A stretch of 63,614 nucleotides of DNA, filler included, from Stramenopiles sp. TOSAG23-2 (Eukaryota), in assembly GCA_900128395.1 (NCBI GenBank). It is 8 parts of 8 records of this genome, joined end to end, with 100 filler letters (N's around TTAATTAATTAA, not from the genome) between each part and the next. Parts side by side here need not be neighbours in the genome. Positions count along the whole stretch, not along the records: positions 35,563 to 44,331 come from LT650167.1; positions 44,432 to 53,190 come from LT650168.1; 6 more parts are not named here. One strand, given 5' to 3'. Every line of letters begins with the position of its first letter. Within the stretch, counting starts at the first letter, position 1. The notes below the pieces were generated by a model. It saw only the letters and a program-made list of their open reading frames with translations. It ran no database searches and was not told the DNA's origin. Below are positions 35,895 to 47,481 of the stretch, piece after piece. The position numbers were made by a program, and so were the translations under genes.

Positions 35895-36785
35895 TTACAA
35901 TTTCTTCTTTGCTAAATCTAATTTATACCTTGCAAATACATTTTTTAATATTGGCCACACTTCATTTGCCAACATATTATATCCATCTGTATCTAAATGA
36001 ACATTATCTACACTTCGTGGTGTTTTATATTTCACATGTGTCATATTTGCACCTTCAAATACACGCCCTGGATTTTCACGGCATAATTTATGTATACCAG
36101 TATTTTTATAATTAAGTTTTCCCATAAATGTTTTTTCTGCTTTTGTTTCATATTCATAACGTACATCTAATAAGCTACATATTAAAACATATTTATTCAT
36201 TTCCAATAATTTATTCACAATTGTTGTAATACGATCCATTGTGTATTTCACTGTTGAACCTTCTTCACTACGACGACAATCAAATGATCCAACTACGATG
36301 ATAACAATTTTAGCATCATATCCAGGAGTACCTTTTTTAAACACTGAATTAAACAAAGGGTAAAAACCATTTAATAAAGGCATATACAATGGTGCTCGTA
36401 AACAATCTGGTAACCATTCATCTGATATGGAGGCAAAATGTCCATAATTAAAAATTTTCCATTTTAACAAAATAGTCTCATCCTCCGTAATTTTCTCTGT
36501 TAAACGTCTTGTCAGACCACCATTTTGTCCCATTTTAATCCAATCCCCAAATCCAGCAGCGATTCCATCACCAATGATGGCAATTTTGTTCGGTTCATCT
36601 GGTATTAAAAATATGTGACTGACCATGCGATTTAATACCAACCATGCAAAAGATACATTTGCTTGTACAATGAAATAAATCCATATCAAAAAACTTAATG
36701 GATTGCCATCCATTACTTTATATAGTATAAAATACATACCAAGTATGACAACTACTAACGTTGCAAATCCATGTACATCAACCAT
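35895..36785 (-). CDS. Membrane-anchored SGNH/GDSL hydrolase-fold protein
   Basis: Two N-terminal TM segments; block I IAIIGDGIAAG; IVVGSFD; block V DNVHL..GY..LA. Confidence 0.75.
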   Translation of the reverse strand: MVDVHGFATLVVVILGMYFILYKVMDGNPLSFLIWIYFIVQANVSFAWLVLNRMVSHIFLIPDEPNKIAIIGDGIAAGFGDWIKMGQNGGLTRRLTEKITEDETILLKWKIFNYGHFASISDEWLPDCLRAPLYMPLLNGFYPLFNSVFKKGTPGYDAKIVIIVVGSFDCRRSEEGSTVKYTMDRITTIVNKLLEMNKYVLICSLLDVRYEYETKAEKTFMGKLNYKNTGIHKLCRENPGRVFEGANMTHVKYKTPRSVDNVHLDTDGYNMLANEVWPILKNVFARYKLDLAKKKL

Positions 36786-37431
36786 GTTATGTATTATTAT
36801 TGCTATTATTATTATATGTATCTTCTTCTAGTTATTATTATTATTATGTATATCTTATTTACAATTAATATCTTTCGACCTTCTTTTCAGTAACATTATA
36901 TAATTCATATTCATATATTGATACATATATATATGTATTTATAGTCTTTTTTTCTACCACAAAAAACAATTCACCACGCGTTCACAAAAGATAGATGGGG
37001 GATTTTGGGAAGGAAATTTATCCTTAATAATTGCGTCATTATCATATGTAAAATTAACCCTTTTTAAGTAATTATTTATTCTTAATTAATTATTGATACA
37101 TACACTAGAATTAATGATATCAAAAATTATTTACAATTTCCTATTAATCTACTAGAAATTAGAAATTACTACCAACTACAAATCAACAAAAAAAAATAAT
37201 TTATTTTTAAAATTCATATATTCACAATAAAAATCTAATTAAAGAAGTCCACAAAATGTCAAATACAATCAAGAAAGAATAATTTTTTTTCTTGTTTCTA
37301 ACTTTTGTGCGTGTGTTTTAATACGAGTAAGAACGTGATATAAACTAACAAGATGAAGAAGAAGCAAATTTTGTTTCTAACTTTTGTGCGTGTGTTTTAA
37401 TACGAGTAAGAACGTGATATAAACTAACAAG

Positions 37432-39267
37432 ATGAAGAAGAAGCAAATTACATATGTATTGACGAGAATTTTATTTATACGTGCAATATCATTTATCTAT
37501 TTTATAGCATTTTTAATATCATATAACCAAAACCCTGGATTAATTGGTGATGATGGATTATTGTCTTCCCAATTGTATTTCAAACGTTTGAAACAACATG
37601 TTGGTACGAATAGTCCTCCACTTGATAGTGTCATGAAAATACCATCATTATTATGGTTTTTCGATGAGCAACAAGTTTTCAATAATATTCAACAATTTGC
37701 ATTAGCTGGCTTGACTATTTCTGCTTTGACATTCTATCATGGTGGTTGTAATGCTCCAATTATGTTTATTTTATGGGCACTGTATCATTCCATTGTATCA
37801 GTCGGTCAAAGATGGTATTCCTTTGGATGGGAAACGCAATTATTGGAAAATGGATTTATTGCAATTTTTATGTGTCCATTATTATCATTGGATCGATTTG
37901 GTAAAGTTTCCCGCGTTTCTATATATGCAAATTGGTGGTTAATTTTTCGTATTATGATTGGTAGTGGAATGATTAAGATACGTGGAGATCAATGTTGGCG
38001 CGATTTGACTTGTATGGATTGTAAGTAGTAATAATATAATAATTTCGTTCCTAATGTATCATCTTCATCTAACACATGTTGGAACATTTACATATATTTA
38101 TTCTTATAAAAATAGATCATTATGAAACACAACCTGTACCCAATCCATTATCATTTTATTTACATCATAATTTTCCATCATTTCATAAATTGGAAACAAT
38201 GGTAAATCATATTGTAGAATTATTTACACCTTGGTTTATGTTTCTATCACGCGATTTAAGAATAATGAATGGTGTATTTCAAATTATTTTCCAATTGATT
38301 CTCATATCTTCAGGCAATTTATCGTTTTTAAATTGGTTAACAATATTGCCATCATTATGCTTTTTAGATGATCAATTTTTAATATCATGGTTTTCTTTTT
38401 GTTATAATGATGATTTAAAAAAGAAATATGGCGATGAAATGATTGATGATGAGGATGATAGTGATGATGATGATGATGATACCAAAGCAGAAAATTTCAA
38501 AGCAACAACATCAATTTTACAAACATTTGGTTATGTAATTCATTTTATCAAAGATGTTTCATTTGCTGTATTGATTATATATTTGTCAATACCTGTTGTC
38601 AGAAATCTTTTAGCTTTAGATGGTCATCAACATATGAATACTTCTTTTGATACATTTAAAATTGTAAATACGTAAGTAAAACAGACGACTTACAGTTGGT
38701 ATTACGAAAAATATCTAACATTTATATATATTTATATTTAAATTTTATATATCATATGTATATATTGACATATTTAGCTATGGAGCTTTCGGTTCCATCA
38801 CAAAAGTACGAACTGAAGTAATTTTTAAAGGTACAAATGATGATGTCAGGTCCATTACGGACGAATCTAAAATAGTTTGGAAAGAATATGAATTCAAATG
38901 CAAACCTGGCGATGTCAATCGTAGACCTTGTTTAATTTCCCCGTACCATTATCGTCTCGATTGGTTACTATGGTTCGCAGCCTTTGGTGATTATAATCAA
39001 CATCCATGGATTCTTCATTTAACATGGCATTTATTAAAAGGTAAAAATGAAGCGAAAGATGTGTATGATTTAATTGAATTTGATCCATTTTTTAATCAAA
39101 CTGAACCACCAAAATTTATTAAAGCGGAGCATTATGAATATAAATTTGCACCATGGAATTATAAGAAAAATCCGAAAGCATGGTGGGTACGAAAATATTT
39201 AAAAGAATATTTACCACCGTTATCTTTAGATAATGAAAGCTTGAAGAGAATTTTAGGAAAGAAGTGA
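37432..39267 (+). CDS. LMF1: Lipase maturation factor; exons 37432-38020, 38116-38671, 38778-39267
   Basis: GLIGDDGLL, WYSFGWETQLLE.GF, GMIKIRGDQCWRDLTCMDYHYETQPVPNP, IVNTYGAFGSITKVR, WKEYEFKCKPG, SPYHYRLDW. Two GTAAGT..AG introns restore the frame. Confidence 0.95.
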
Positions 39268-39819
39268 GAAAAGAAGAGAACACAGATCAAAAATATTCGT
39301 ATTCTTCGCACATATATGATATAGTTCGTATGATAGTGTGTATGCCAGTATGTACCGAGGGATAAAAAATATTTTATATATTATTTTACGAAAAAAAACC
39401 CTCTTTATATTATATTAAAAAACATATATAATTCTATTTACCTTCATTGGCATTCTCTATTATGTGATGAATATCAACACACTAGTGTGAGATACGTAGA
39501 TTATTTCAGTTAATTAAATTTTATTCTTTTGAAGAGTAGGAATTATCATGAGTAAATTTTGAAACAATAAATTATGCGTATGATAAATTAAATTATTTTA
39601 TAAAAAATATATATAATATAATATTATATATATTCATGTGTGTGTACATTTTTCATCTCTCTCTTTCGCTCTCTAATTATATTTATACTTTATTACACAC
39701 ACTACGGAAAAACAGTTTACACTCTCTTCGTATTTTTTAATTTAATATTGCGATGCCCAGTACGTCAGTACGTACATGTATTCGAAATCATTATTTTTAA
39801 AAATGATATTTATTATTTT

Positions 39820-40611
39820 CTAATAATATGAACCTTTACCTTTTGCCAATTTTCTTTGACGACCTAAAGTAAACAAACCCTCGTCAACCAAACGTTCAGC
39901 TTTTTCTAAAGCTTCAGCATCATACTTGTTTCTTAATTTTCCAATATCCCTTCTAGCATTTTCAACTATGCCGTCATTTGATATACCGCGATGTTTATAA
40001 CCTTTTGCCATCCCAGTTTCTTTATCACAAGTAATAAATTTCCCTGTTTTGTCAATATGTTTACGCTCGTTACCAAACTCTGGTGCATCATCCAAAAGTT
40101 TTGATAATTTATCCATTAAAACTGTTGTACATGCTAATTTCGGTATTACTTCTACATTATTCAACGTACTTGACAAATTTAATTTGAAGTTCTTTTCCCT
40201 GTCTTGGTTGGTTTCCATTAAAGGGCTATGCCTGCGTAACGCTTCGTACTTTTGAAAGACACTTCTACACATTAAACGTTGTGCCTCGTTTAAACGTAAA
40301 CGTAAAAATATTTCAGACATCATTAAATAGTTAACAGCTCTTGATTCTAATAATTCTGCAGAAGATGGTGGTCTCCAGCCATATTTGGTTGGGCCGGTCC
40401 CAACAGAACGTGATCCTTTTCTGTACACTGTGTTTCGTGGCCTTTTGGACCCACTTGACGATGCGTTTTCTTTTTTTCTTTTCTTCCCCGATATCTCCGA
40501 TGAGGAAGAACCTGTACTATTACTATTAGTAGTAGTAGTTGTTGTTGTTAACATTGTTGTCGTTGATGTACCATGAACATCATCATCAACATTAATTCCA
40601 TGACTTGACAT
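39820..40611 (-). CDS. Hypothetical protein, 263 aa, probably nuclear
   Basis: ORF with a Thr/Ser-rich N-terminus and KKRKK...KRPR NLS-like motifs. Confidence 0.65.
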   Translation of the reverse strand: MSSHGINVDDDVHGTSTTTMLTTTTTTTNSNSTGSSSSEISGKKRKKENASSSGSKRPRNTVYRKGSRSVGTGPTKYGWRPPSSAELLESRAVNYLMMSEIFLRLRLNEAQRLMCRSVFQKYEALRRHSPLMETNQDREKNFKLNLSSTLNNVEVIPKLACTTVLMDKLSKLLDDAPEFGNERKHIDKTGKFITCDKETGMAKGYKHRGISNDGIVENARRDIGKLRNKYDAEALEKAERLVDEGLFTLGRQRKLAKGKGSYY

Positions 40612-41401
40612 TGTCCAAATAAAATATTTACTGTGTGCTGTTTTGTTGAATATACTAGTTATGTGTAATCTACACTGTATGATTCAATAAGTCTTACTTT
40701 CTTTTTCCTACTCATATATGATCAATTAATTTGTTTTTATGTATACATATATATTCTATAGCTGTAGTGCTGTAATCCAGGTATAGCAACTATAATATTT
40801 TTTTGCAACTTTAACTACTTTTGCAACCTGGCAACTGTATACTGTATACCAGTATATATACCACCAGGTAATAAAAAAAGTTAAGGTATAATAATATGGG
40901 AATAGCATTGAGCTGAGTCTCTTCACATCACAAGATATATATCAGTATGGTCCCAGTGGTCGGATAGAAGGAAGAACGAGAAGAAAATCATTGAAAATAG
41001 TTGTGAAATATATTCGTATTTTTAATGGCAATTCATATTAATAAGAAATACGAGCTCGTACAATCATGTCTTTTATACGAAATATTTTCGTGTGTGTGTA
41101 TATATATAAATAATTTAAATCTTGATATATTTTTATTAAAATATAAATTTTATTATTTATTAATTTTTAGATTTTAACCATCATTTAATTATCATAAAAT
41201 CATTTATTTATATTCGAGATTTTAACCAAAATTATTCGTGTCGTGTCATTTTTAAATTTTCTTTATATATATCATATAAAAAATAAAATAGAAAATACTC
41301 GTATGATACACGGTATATTATCAAAATATACGTTCGTACTCACATACCTGATTTTGATTGTTTGATGTTATTATTGCTGTTGCGCTGAGGATGATATTAT
41401 T

Positions 41402-44331
41402 TTACAAAGAATTCCAAAACTCAGCAGGTTGCTTTACTATAAAATCATACTTCCATGCTATCGCTAATACTGGAAATAATGAATAAATAATGATAGCTCC
41501 AAAAGCAATTAAAATCAAATATAAAATTCGAAAAAGAATAACATCAACAGGCACAATGATTAATTTCATTAAATACATATGATCTGTACTCTTCATCAAA
41601 CGTATGATATCTATAATATTGCTTGTTGCATAATCTAGTTCATTTGCTTTTGCACTGCTCCTTTCGCCATCGTATATTATTCTTTTCTCTTCTAAATGAG
41701 TATGGTCTTTCAATACCAATGTTGAATGTTTCAATGTTGATTGCAATATAATTTTATTTAAAATAAATTTTTGTTCAACAATTTGTTGGTTTATTAAAAA
41801 AATATACACGGTAGGAAAACCAACTGTAAATATGAAATAAAACCCAGCCACAAGAAGCAAATTTATAATCGATATTAATTTCTTATATTTCTCAAATAAT
41901 AAAAATGCAACTAACAGCAATATAACCAATGCTTGAAATAAACTTGTTGCCATCCAAAAATAAATATCACTTGTTACTTTTGGCAAAGAGAGCAAGAAAT
42001 AATATCGCATTTGCGACCATGCCACGACATTTTCAAGACGTTCTAAATCTAAATATCCAGGCAAATTATGATCTTTTAATTTATGATCTTTTCCAATAAG
42101 ATTCCTATATGTTGAATCATCGTAATTCATTGCACTAATAGGGGTTGCAATACTAGTCATTTTTGTTAATGCACGTGCAACATAAACAAGTTTTGTTGAA
42201 ATTGCATAGTTGATGGTAAATGCCCCAGGTACTAAAAACGACATGGCAATTATGTAACGAATTTGGCACCAGAGATCGTGCGAAACATTTTGGAATTGAA
42301 GCAAAGGCTTGCATGCATCAGGAAGCGATGATTTGCTGCTATTTGAAGTGTCAATCGCGGGATAACACTTTGTTTGAAAAGTTTTATCAAAATCAGTACA
42401 AAATATACAAGATTGTTTCAACAAAAAATTGTCTTTGTACTCCGATTCCATGGGGCAACGTATACAACCACCTTTAATTTTAGAACATCTTTCATCAAGG
42501 CCAAAACCCCTGCATTTCAATAAACTGCGTAAAACAGCGGGTGAAAAGGAAATGGTCAAAGTAATTAGTAAACATAATACAAATTGAAAGACTAAAAAAC
42601 GCCTTGGTATTGTTTTCAACAAATTAAAAACTTTTTCAATGGATGGCTTTCTTAAATCAATCGTTTCATGGTCTAAAACAATACCAATGTCGCAAAAATA
42701 ATCATAAGCATTTTCATATACATTTTTCTTGGTTTTATCAAATGTTACTGGTGATATAGGTAGTTTTTTTATTTTTGCTAATTTTCGTTTCACTCTGTAA
42801 TCATCTAAATCCGTAGCTTCATCTTCCGAAGGTAAACCATTTAAAAGTGAGAAATATGTTGAAATAAATAAATATCCAATGAATGGGCCGATAATTTCAA
42901 ATTTACTTAATAATGTAACTGGGTTTGTATACTTTTTGTTTACGTCTCCCTGTTTTAATAGATAAAACAATAAATTAAACATGCAAACAAACCATAAACA
43001 ACATCGTATAAGATACTTAAGGAATAAGATGATGATAGTTCCAATTGTCATTGAATTACAATTGTTCAAACTCAACGATTTTCTTCCACCATGTTGGATC
43101 ATTTCATATAGACCGAAAAATGGAAATAACATGTAAGAAAACCAAGTCCAAGAAAAATTTGCCATAAGAAATACTTGACCTTGTAATATTGCATTTGCAC
43201 TTCTATATAATATACCTAAATTGTACCGTAATCCCGCTGGACCTTGAAGTTGCTTTTGCATCGAATTATTCTTTGTAAGGCTAAGTCGAATGATATTAGT
43301 GTTGCTCCTATTATCTGAATTATCATGATGGTGATGAATTAATTGTTTTTCCAGTTCAACCATAATTGTTTCCCATGGAGATATTAATTGAAAAATAATA
43401 CCAACAAACGCTTCTACCGTTTCAATATATTCATATCCATTCTCTAAAAAATATTTAACAATATCTTTCTCCACATTATTTTTTTTAACATCGTAACCAA
43501 TCATTTCTAAACTTTCAACAAATATACGTGCAGAAATTTTGCCTGAAATTGTTCCATTATTCACATCTACATGGGTAAACATAACTTTGAACTTGGCCAC
43601 TTTAGTATTCAATTCATTTAATATTTCACCTGGTGTATTTAAAAATATATCACTTGTATCGTTTAAACTTGCAATGGCGTTTTTACATCGGGCCAATGCC
43701 TTTATTTTACTCATAAGTAATTTATGATCAATATTTTTTTCCATCACTTCAGTAGCAGTAGATTTTATTTTTTTCTTCTTTTCTATATAATTCATTATAC
43801 ATGACATTATGATATTTTCATTATTATTATTATTATTATCTTCCTTGCCATCATTAAAAAATGATATTAATAATATAATTAAATCAATACATGAAACTTC
43901 ATATTCAAGTACTTTGGATGATAATGTCTTTGTTTTCTTACGATCATAGTTACTACTTGTTAAAACAGTTTTATTGAAATTTCCCCCTTTGTTGTTGATA
44001 GAACCATCATCATCACTACGGCGTAGTGTCTCCTCNNNNNNNNNNNNNNNNNNNNNNNNNNNNNNNNNNNNNNNNNNNNNNNNNNNNNNNCCATACAAGT
44101 AGTGTCTCCTCTGTCATCATCATCATATTGCTATTATTTGTATTATCCTTTGCAGAAATATTATAAAATGTTTCTAAAATATTAATAAATTTATATTGCC
44201 AACTTTCAAACTTTTTATATTCATCAGAAGCATGTTTTTTATTTGATAATTTAATACCACGTTCATCTAATGTAAAATCATATATTTTATAAATAAACAG
44301 GAAATCTTTTACGAACAATTTGTTGTTGTTG
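41402..44331 (-). CDS. Multi-pass membrane protein with an EF-hand-like segment and a Cys-rich loop; 5'-truncated, spans a false gap at 44036-44090
   Basis: ORF of about 900 aa with many TM segments; FTHVDVNNGTISGKIS...F; Cys cluster. The gap flanks share GTAGTGTCTCCTC, which joins ..MMMMTEETLRRS... Confidence 0.8.
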
Positions 44332-44522
44332 NNNNNNNNNNNNNNNNNNNNNNNNNNNNNNNNNNNNNNNNNNNNTTAATTAATTAANNNNNNNNNNNNN
44401 NNNNNNNNNNNNNNNNNNNNNNNNNNNNNNNTATACATATAAAAAAGAAACAAGAATTTTGAAAATTTATAAACATTCTTCATACCTCCATATTATAGAT
44501 ATAATTTTTTTTAAAATATAAA

Positions 44523-45938
44523 ATGGGTTCAGGTGCAAGTGTACCAGACGTACTAGATGAAGCAAAAGCCAAGGAATTAGCTGGAGATAAATGGAATCAA
44601 GAAGCATTTAATGCAAAAAAAGATGCAGATGGAAATATTACGAAGGCACAATTTGAAGAGCAAGCGGCTAATAACACAGACACAAAGGTTGGACAACAAT
44701 TACCTGCTAATTTAGATGAAATTAATGAAGATTTTATCACATTTGCATTGAAAGGTAAAGGTTTGATTGAAGAAAACGTTAAAGTTGTATCATTCGAAAA
44801 AACAAAATATGGCAGAGAGAAAGGTTATTTAGGTGATAAATGCTTATTAGAAAATATTAAATATGAACCGGAAGCTTCAACAACAACAAGTCCTCCAAAT
44901 TCAATATTTGTCAAAATGTTTCCAACTGATATGGTTGTTCCACCTGGTGCAATTGCTTCTATGTTTAAAAAATCAGTTGATTTTCTTATACGAGCAAAGA
45001 AAGAATTGCCTGATGCTAACGATTTTAAAATACCAAGTATATATTTTGCTGAAATGGAAGAATCAGACGATACAAAACTTCCACCTCGATGTGTGATACT
45101 CATGGAACCAATTAAAGGAAAACCAATTGATCTTCTTACATCTATGCCAATAGAACATGCTATACAAGCGGTAAAAGATATAGCTATTTTACATACACCA
45201 TATTGGGGTTTTACGAAAGAACAAAAAGATAAAACATTTCCAGGATATGGACATTTAGATGATCCAGGTGCAAAACAACAAACACCTGGTATGTTTAAAA
45301 TGGGTAGTATGATGGGACTTCAAGTTTTTGGTGCAGATGGGCCACTTACGGATGAACAAAAACAAGATTTCTCTGGTTATATTGAATTTTGGTCTTATTT
45401 TGGTCAAGAAATTTGGCCACATTTACAAACACGTTGGAGTGCAGTGATGAATCGATGGGCAAGCATACCAGCAGCATTGATTCATGGTGATTTTCATGTG
45501 GAAAATATGTTTTGCATGGAAGATGGTTCTAACGTTTACTTTGATTTCCAAGCTTTAAATTTTGGTCCAGGTGTGCGTGATTTAGTATGGCTTTTAACAA
45601 GTTCTCTTACATCAGAAGCTCGTAAAGAACATGAAAAAAATATCGTTCAAGCATATCACGAGGCACTTGTTGCACGTGGTGTGAAAGATTATGCATGGGA
45701 GAATTGTTGGGAAGATTATGTATTTATGAAGATTGATGGGTTATGGCGTGGTATGCTTGGTGCTGGTATATTTGCTGTAAAAAATTTCAAAGAAAAATCT
45801 GGTATTTTTGCACCAGAACCAACTGAAGATGCCATTGTCGAGCGAAAAAGGAATAATCTTCTTTTTATACAAGTTGTTGATGATATGAAACATAGCAATT
45901 GGCCGGATATAATTAAAGCATTGCCTGTTGATGATTAG
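44523..45938 (+). CDS. APH/choline/ecdysteroid-kinase-like phosphotransferase with a myristoylation-type N-terminus
   Basis: IFVK; LIHGDFHVENMF (Brenner motif); YFDFQ....GPGVRDL; AYHEAL..GV..Y....CWEDY. N-terminal MGSGAS and DADGNITKAQF. Confidence 0.88.
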   Translation: MGSGASVPDVLDEAKAKELAGDKWNQEAFNAKKDADGNITKAQFEEQAANNTDTKVGQQLPANLDEINEDFITFALKGKGLIEENVKVVSFEKTKYGREKGYLGDKCLLENIKYEPEASTTTSPPNSIFVKMFPTDMVVPPGAIASMFKKSVDFLIRAKKELPDANDFKIPSIYFAEMEESDDTKLPPRCVILMEPIKGKPIDLLTSMPIEHAIQAVKDIAILHTPYWGFTKEQKDKTFPGYGHLDDPGAKQQTPGMFKMGSMMGLQVFGADGPLTDEQKQDFSGYIEFWSYFGQEIWPHLQTRWSAVMNRWASIPAALIHGDFHVENMFCMEDGSNVYFDFQALNFGPGVRDLVWLLTSSLTSEARKEHEKNIVQAYHEALVARGVKDYAWENCWEDYVFMKIDGLWRGMLGAGIFAVKNFKEKSGIFAPEPTEDAIVERKRNNLLFIQVVDDMKHSNWPDIIKALPVDD

Positions 45939-46265
45939 TATAGAGTACAAGCTATAAAAGTATTATGGTGATATCTCGCACGGGTGTTAATATTATTTAT
46001 AAAAAATATGATGTACGTATTTACATATATACTAGATGATAAATACGAGTGTATAGTATCTGGAAGTCTGGACCTCAATATTAATAGAAAAGAGAGCGTA
46101 CACACATACACATCCACATAATACGAGACGTAGTAAGAACACAAAATTTAAATGGAAAGACTCTATAAAGTGAAAGTACGAGCGTAAATATCAAAATATT
46201 TTTTTATAACACCCCCTCTATGCCTTCTTCTTTTTTTTTATACCGCACACATAAAAAAAGATTTT

Positions 46266-46895
46266 TTAAAGTTCCAAATTATTGTTACGAAAATCTAACG
46301 CCACATTTTGTAAATGATCATCAAAATCATATAATTTTAACTGTGTTTCTTTTTGTAAATGTCCCGTCAAAGAATTAAACGTTCCTTGGCTACCTTCGAT
46401 TTGTAATGTACTGGTGGAACGTTCCTCAAAATTACTGTCAGCATGGTTTGACTTTGTTAATAAAACTAACCCAGATTTCTTAGGGTTGTCTAATTCCTTT
46501 CCATTGACAACAAGTGCACAACTACCTGGGCAATTATTATCAACACTTTGTGCTATCATAGTACCCATAATACCTAAAGTTTTATTATTTACATGTTCGT
46601 TTGCATGATAATAACCTATAATTACATATTTGTCTTTTTTATATAATTCTTCCACTAATAATGCAGATGCTTCTAACATTGGCGCTGTTGGCAATGTATG
46701 AAAAATTGGTATGGCATCCACTATTTTTACGTCTGTATTATTTTTTTCTGCTGATACATTTGCTGATTCTTCTGATTCACCACCACTATTATTATTACGT
46801 CCTATTAAATATCCACATATTGGTAATGTTGGATGTTTCGCAGCATGTAACATAATTTTTAAATATGCCTTTTTCGATAAATTATACACTGGCAT
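46266..46895 (-). CDS. EMC8: ER membrane complex subunit EMC8/9 (UPF0172, MPN fold)
   Basis: AYLKIMLHAAKHP...CGYLIG; DAIPIFH; PMLE; IGYYHAN; LYDFDDHL....DFRN. Confidence 0.93.
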   Translation of the reverse strand: MPVYNLSKKAYLKIMLHAAKHPTLPICGYLIGRNNNSGGESEESANVSAEKNNTDVKIVDAIPIFHTLPTAPMLEASALLVEELYKKDKYVIIGYYHANEHVNNKTLGIMGTMIAQSVDNNCPGSCALVVNGKELDNPKKSGLVLLTKSNHADSNFEERSTSTLQIEGSQGTFNSLTGHLQKETQLKLYDFDDHLQNVALDFRNNNLEL

Positions 46896-47481
46896 GGTTG
46901 ATTGTTCTTTTTTTTTAAAAAATTTTCTTTACACCAATATATTGAAATATATACGTTTCTGTGAATGATGTTGTAGTAGTTTTTTCTCCACACACAATCT
47001 CTCTCCACACACACATAGTATATCAAATATTATATTCATCAATTCCCAACTTTAACTAAATTAAATAATTTTCGTGGTGTTATACCAGGTACAACAAAAT
47101 TGTTTTGGATTTTGGATTTACGAATTGATTTCACCCTATCAAATGACACATACTGTAAATTTATACTTGAATGGATCTCAGTGCCTCTCTAGTGCCAAAA
47201 TAAAAACAACATGCACACATCTTCTCGTCTTGTGCTCTTCTTCTCGTCCAAAAAAAAAAATAATAATAATAATAATCATCGATTTGAATGATGGCGAGTT
47301 TAGATTCTGATATATCTAATATTATTGAATTTTATTATTTTTCTTGGGAGACGCGACGGGTAGGAAGAAGTGTGTTGTATGGTATACAATCAAAATACGC
47401 AGGATACATATATATATATATAGATTTATAATAACTTTGAGTAATCATAAAAGTACAACATTATTGACGTAGGATATAAAC

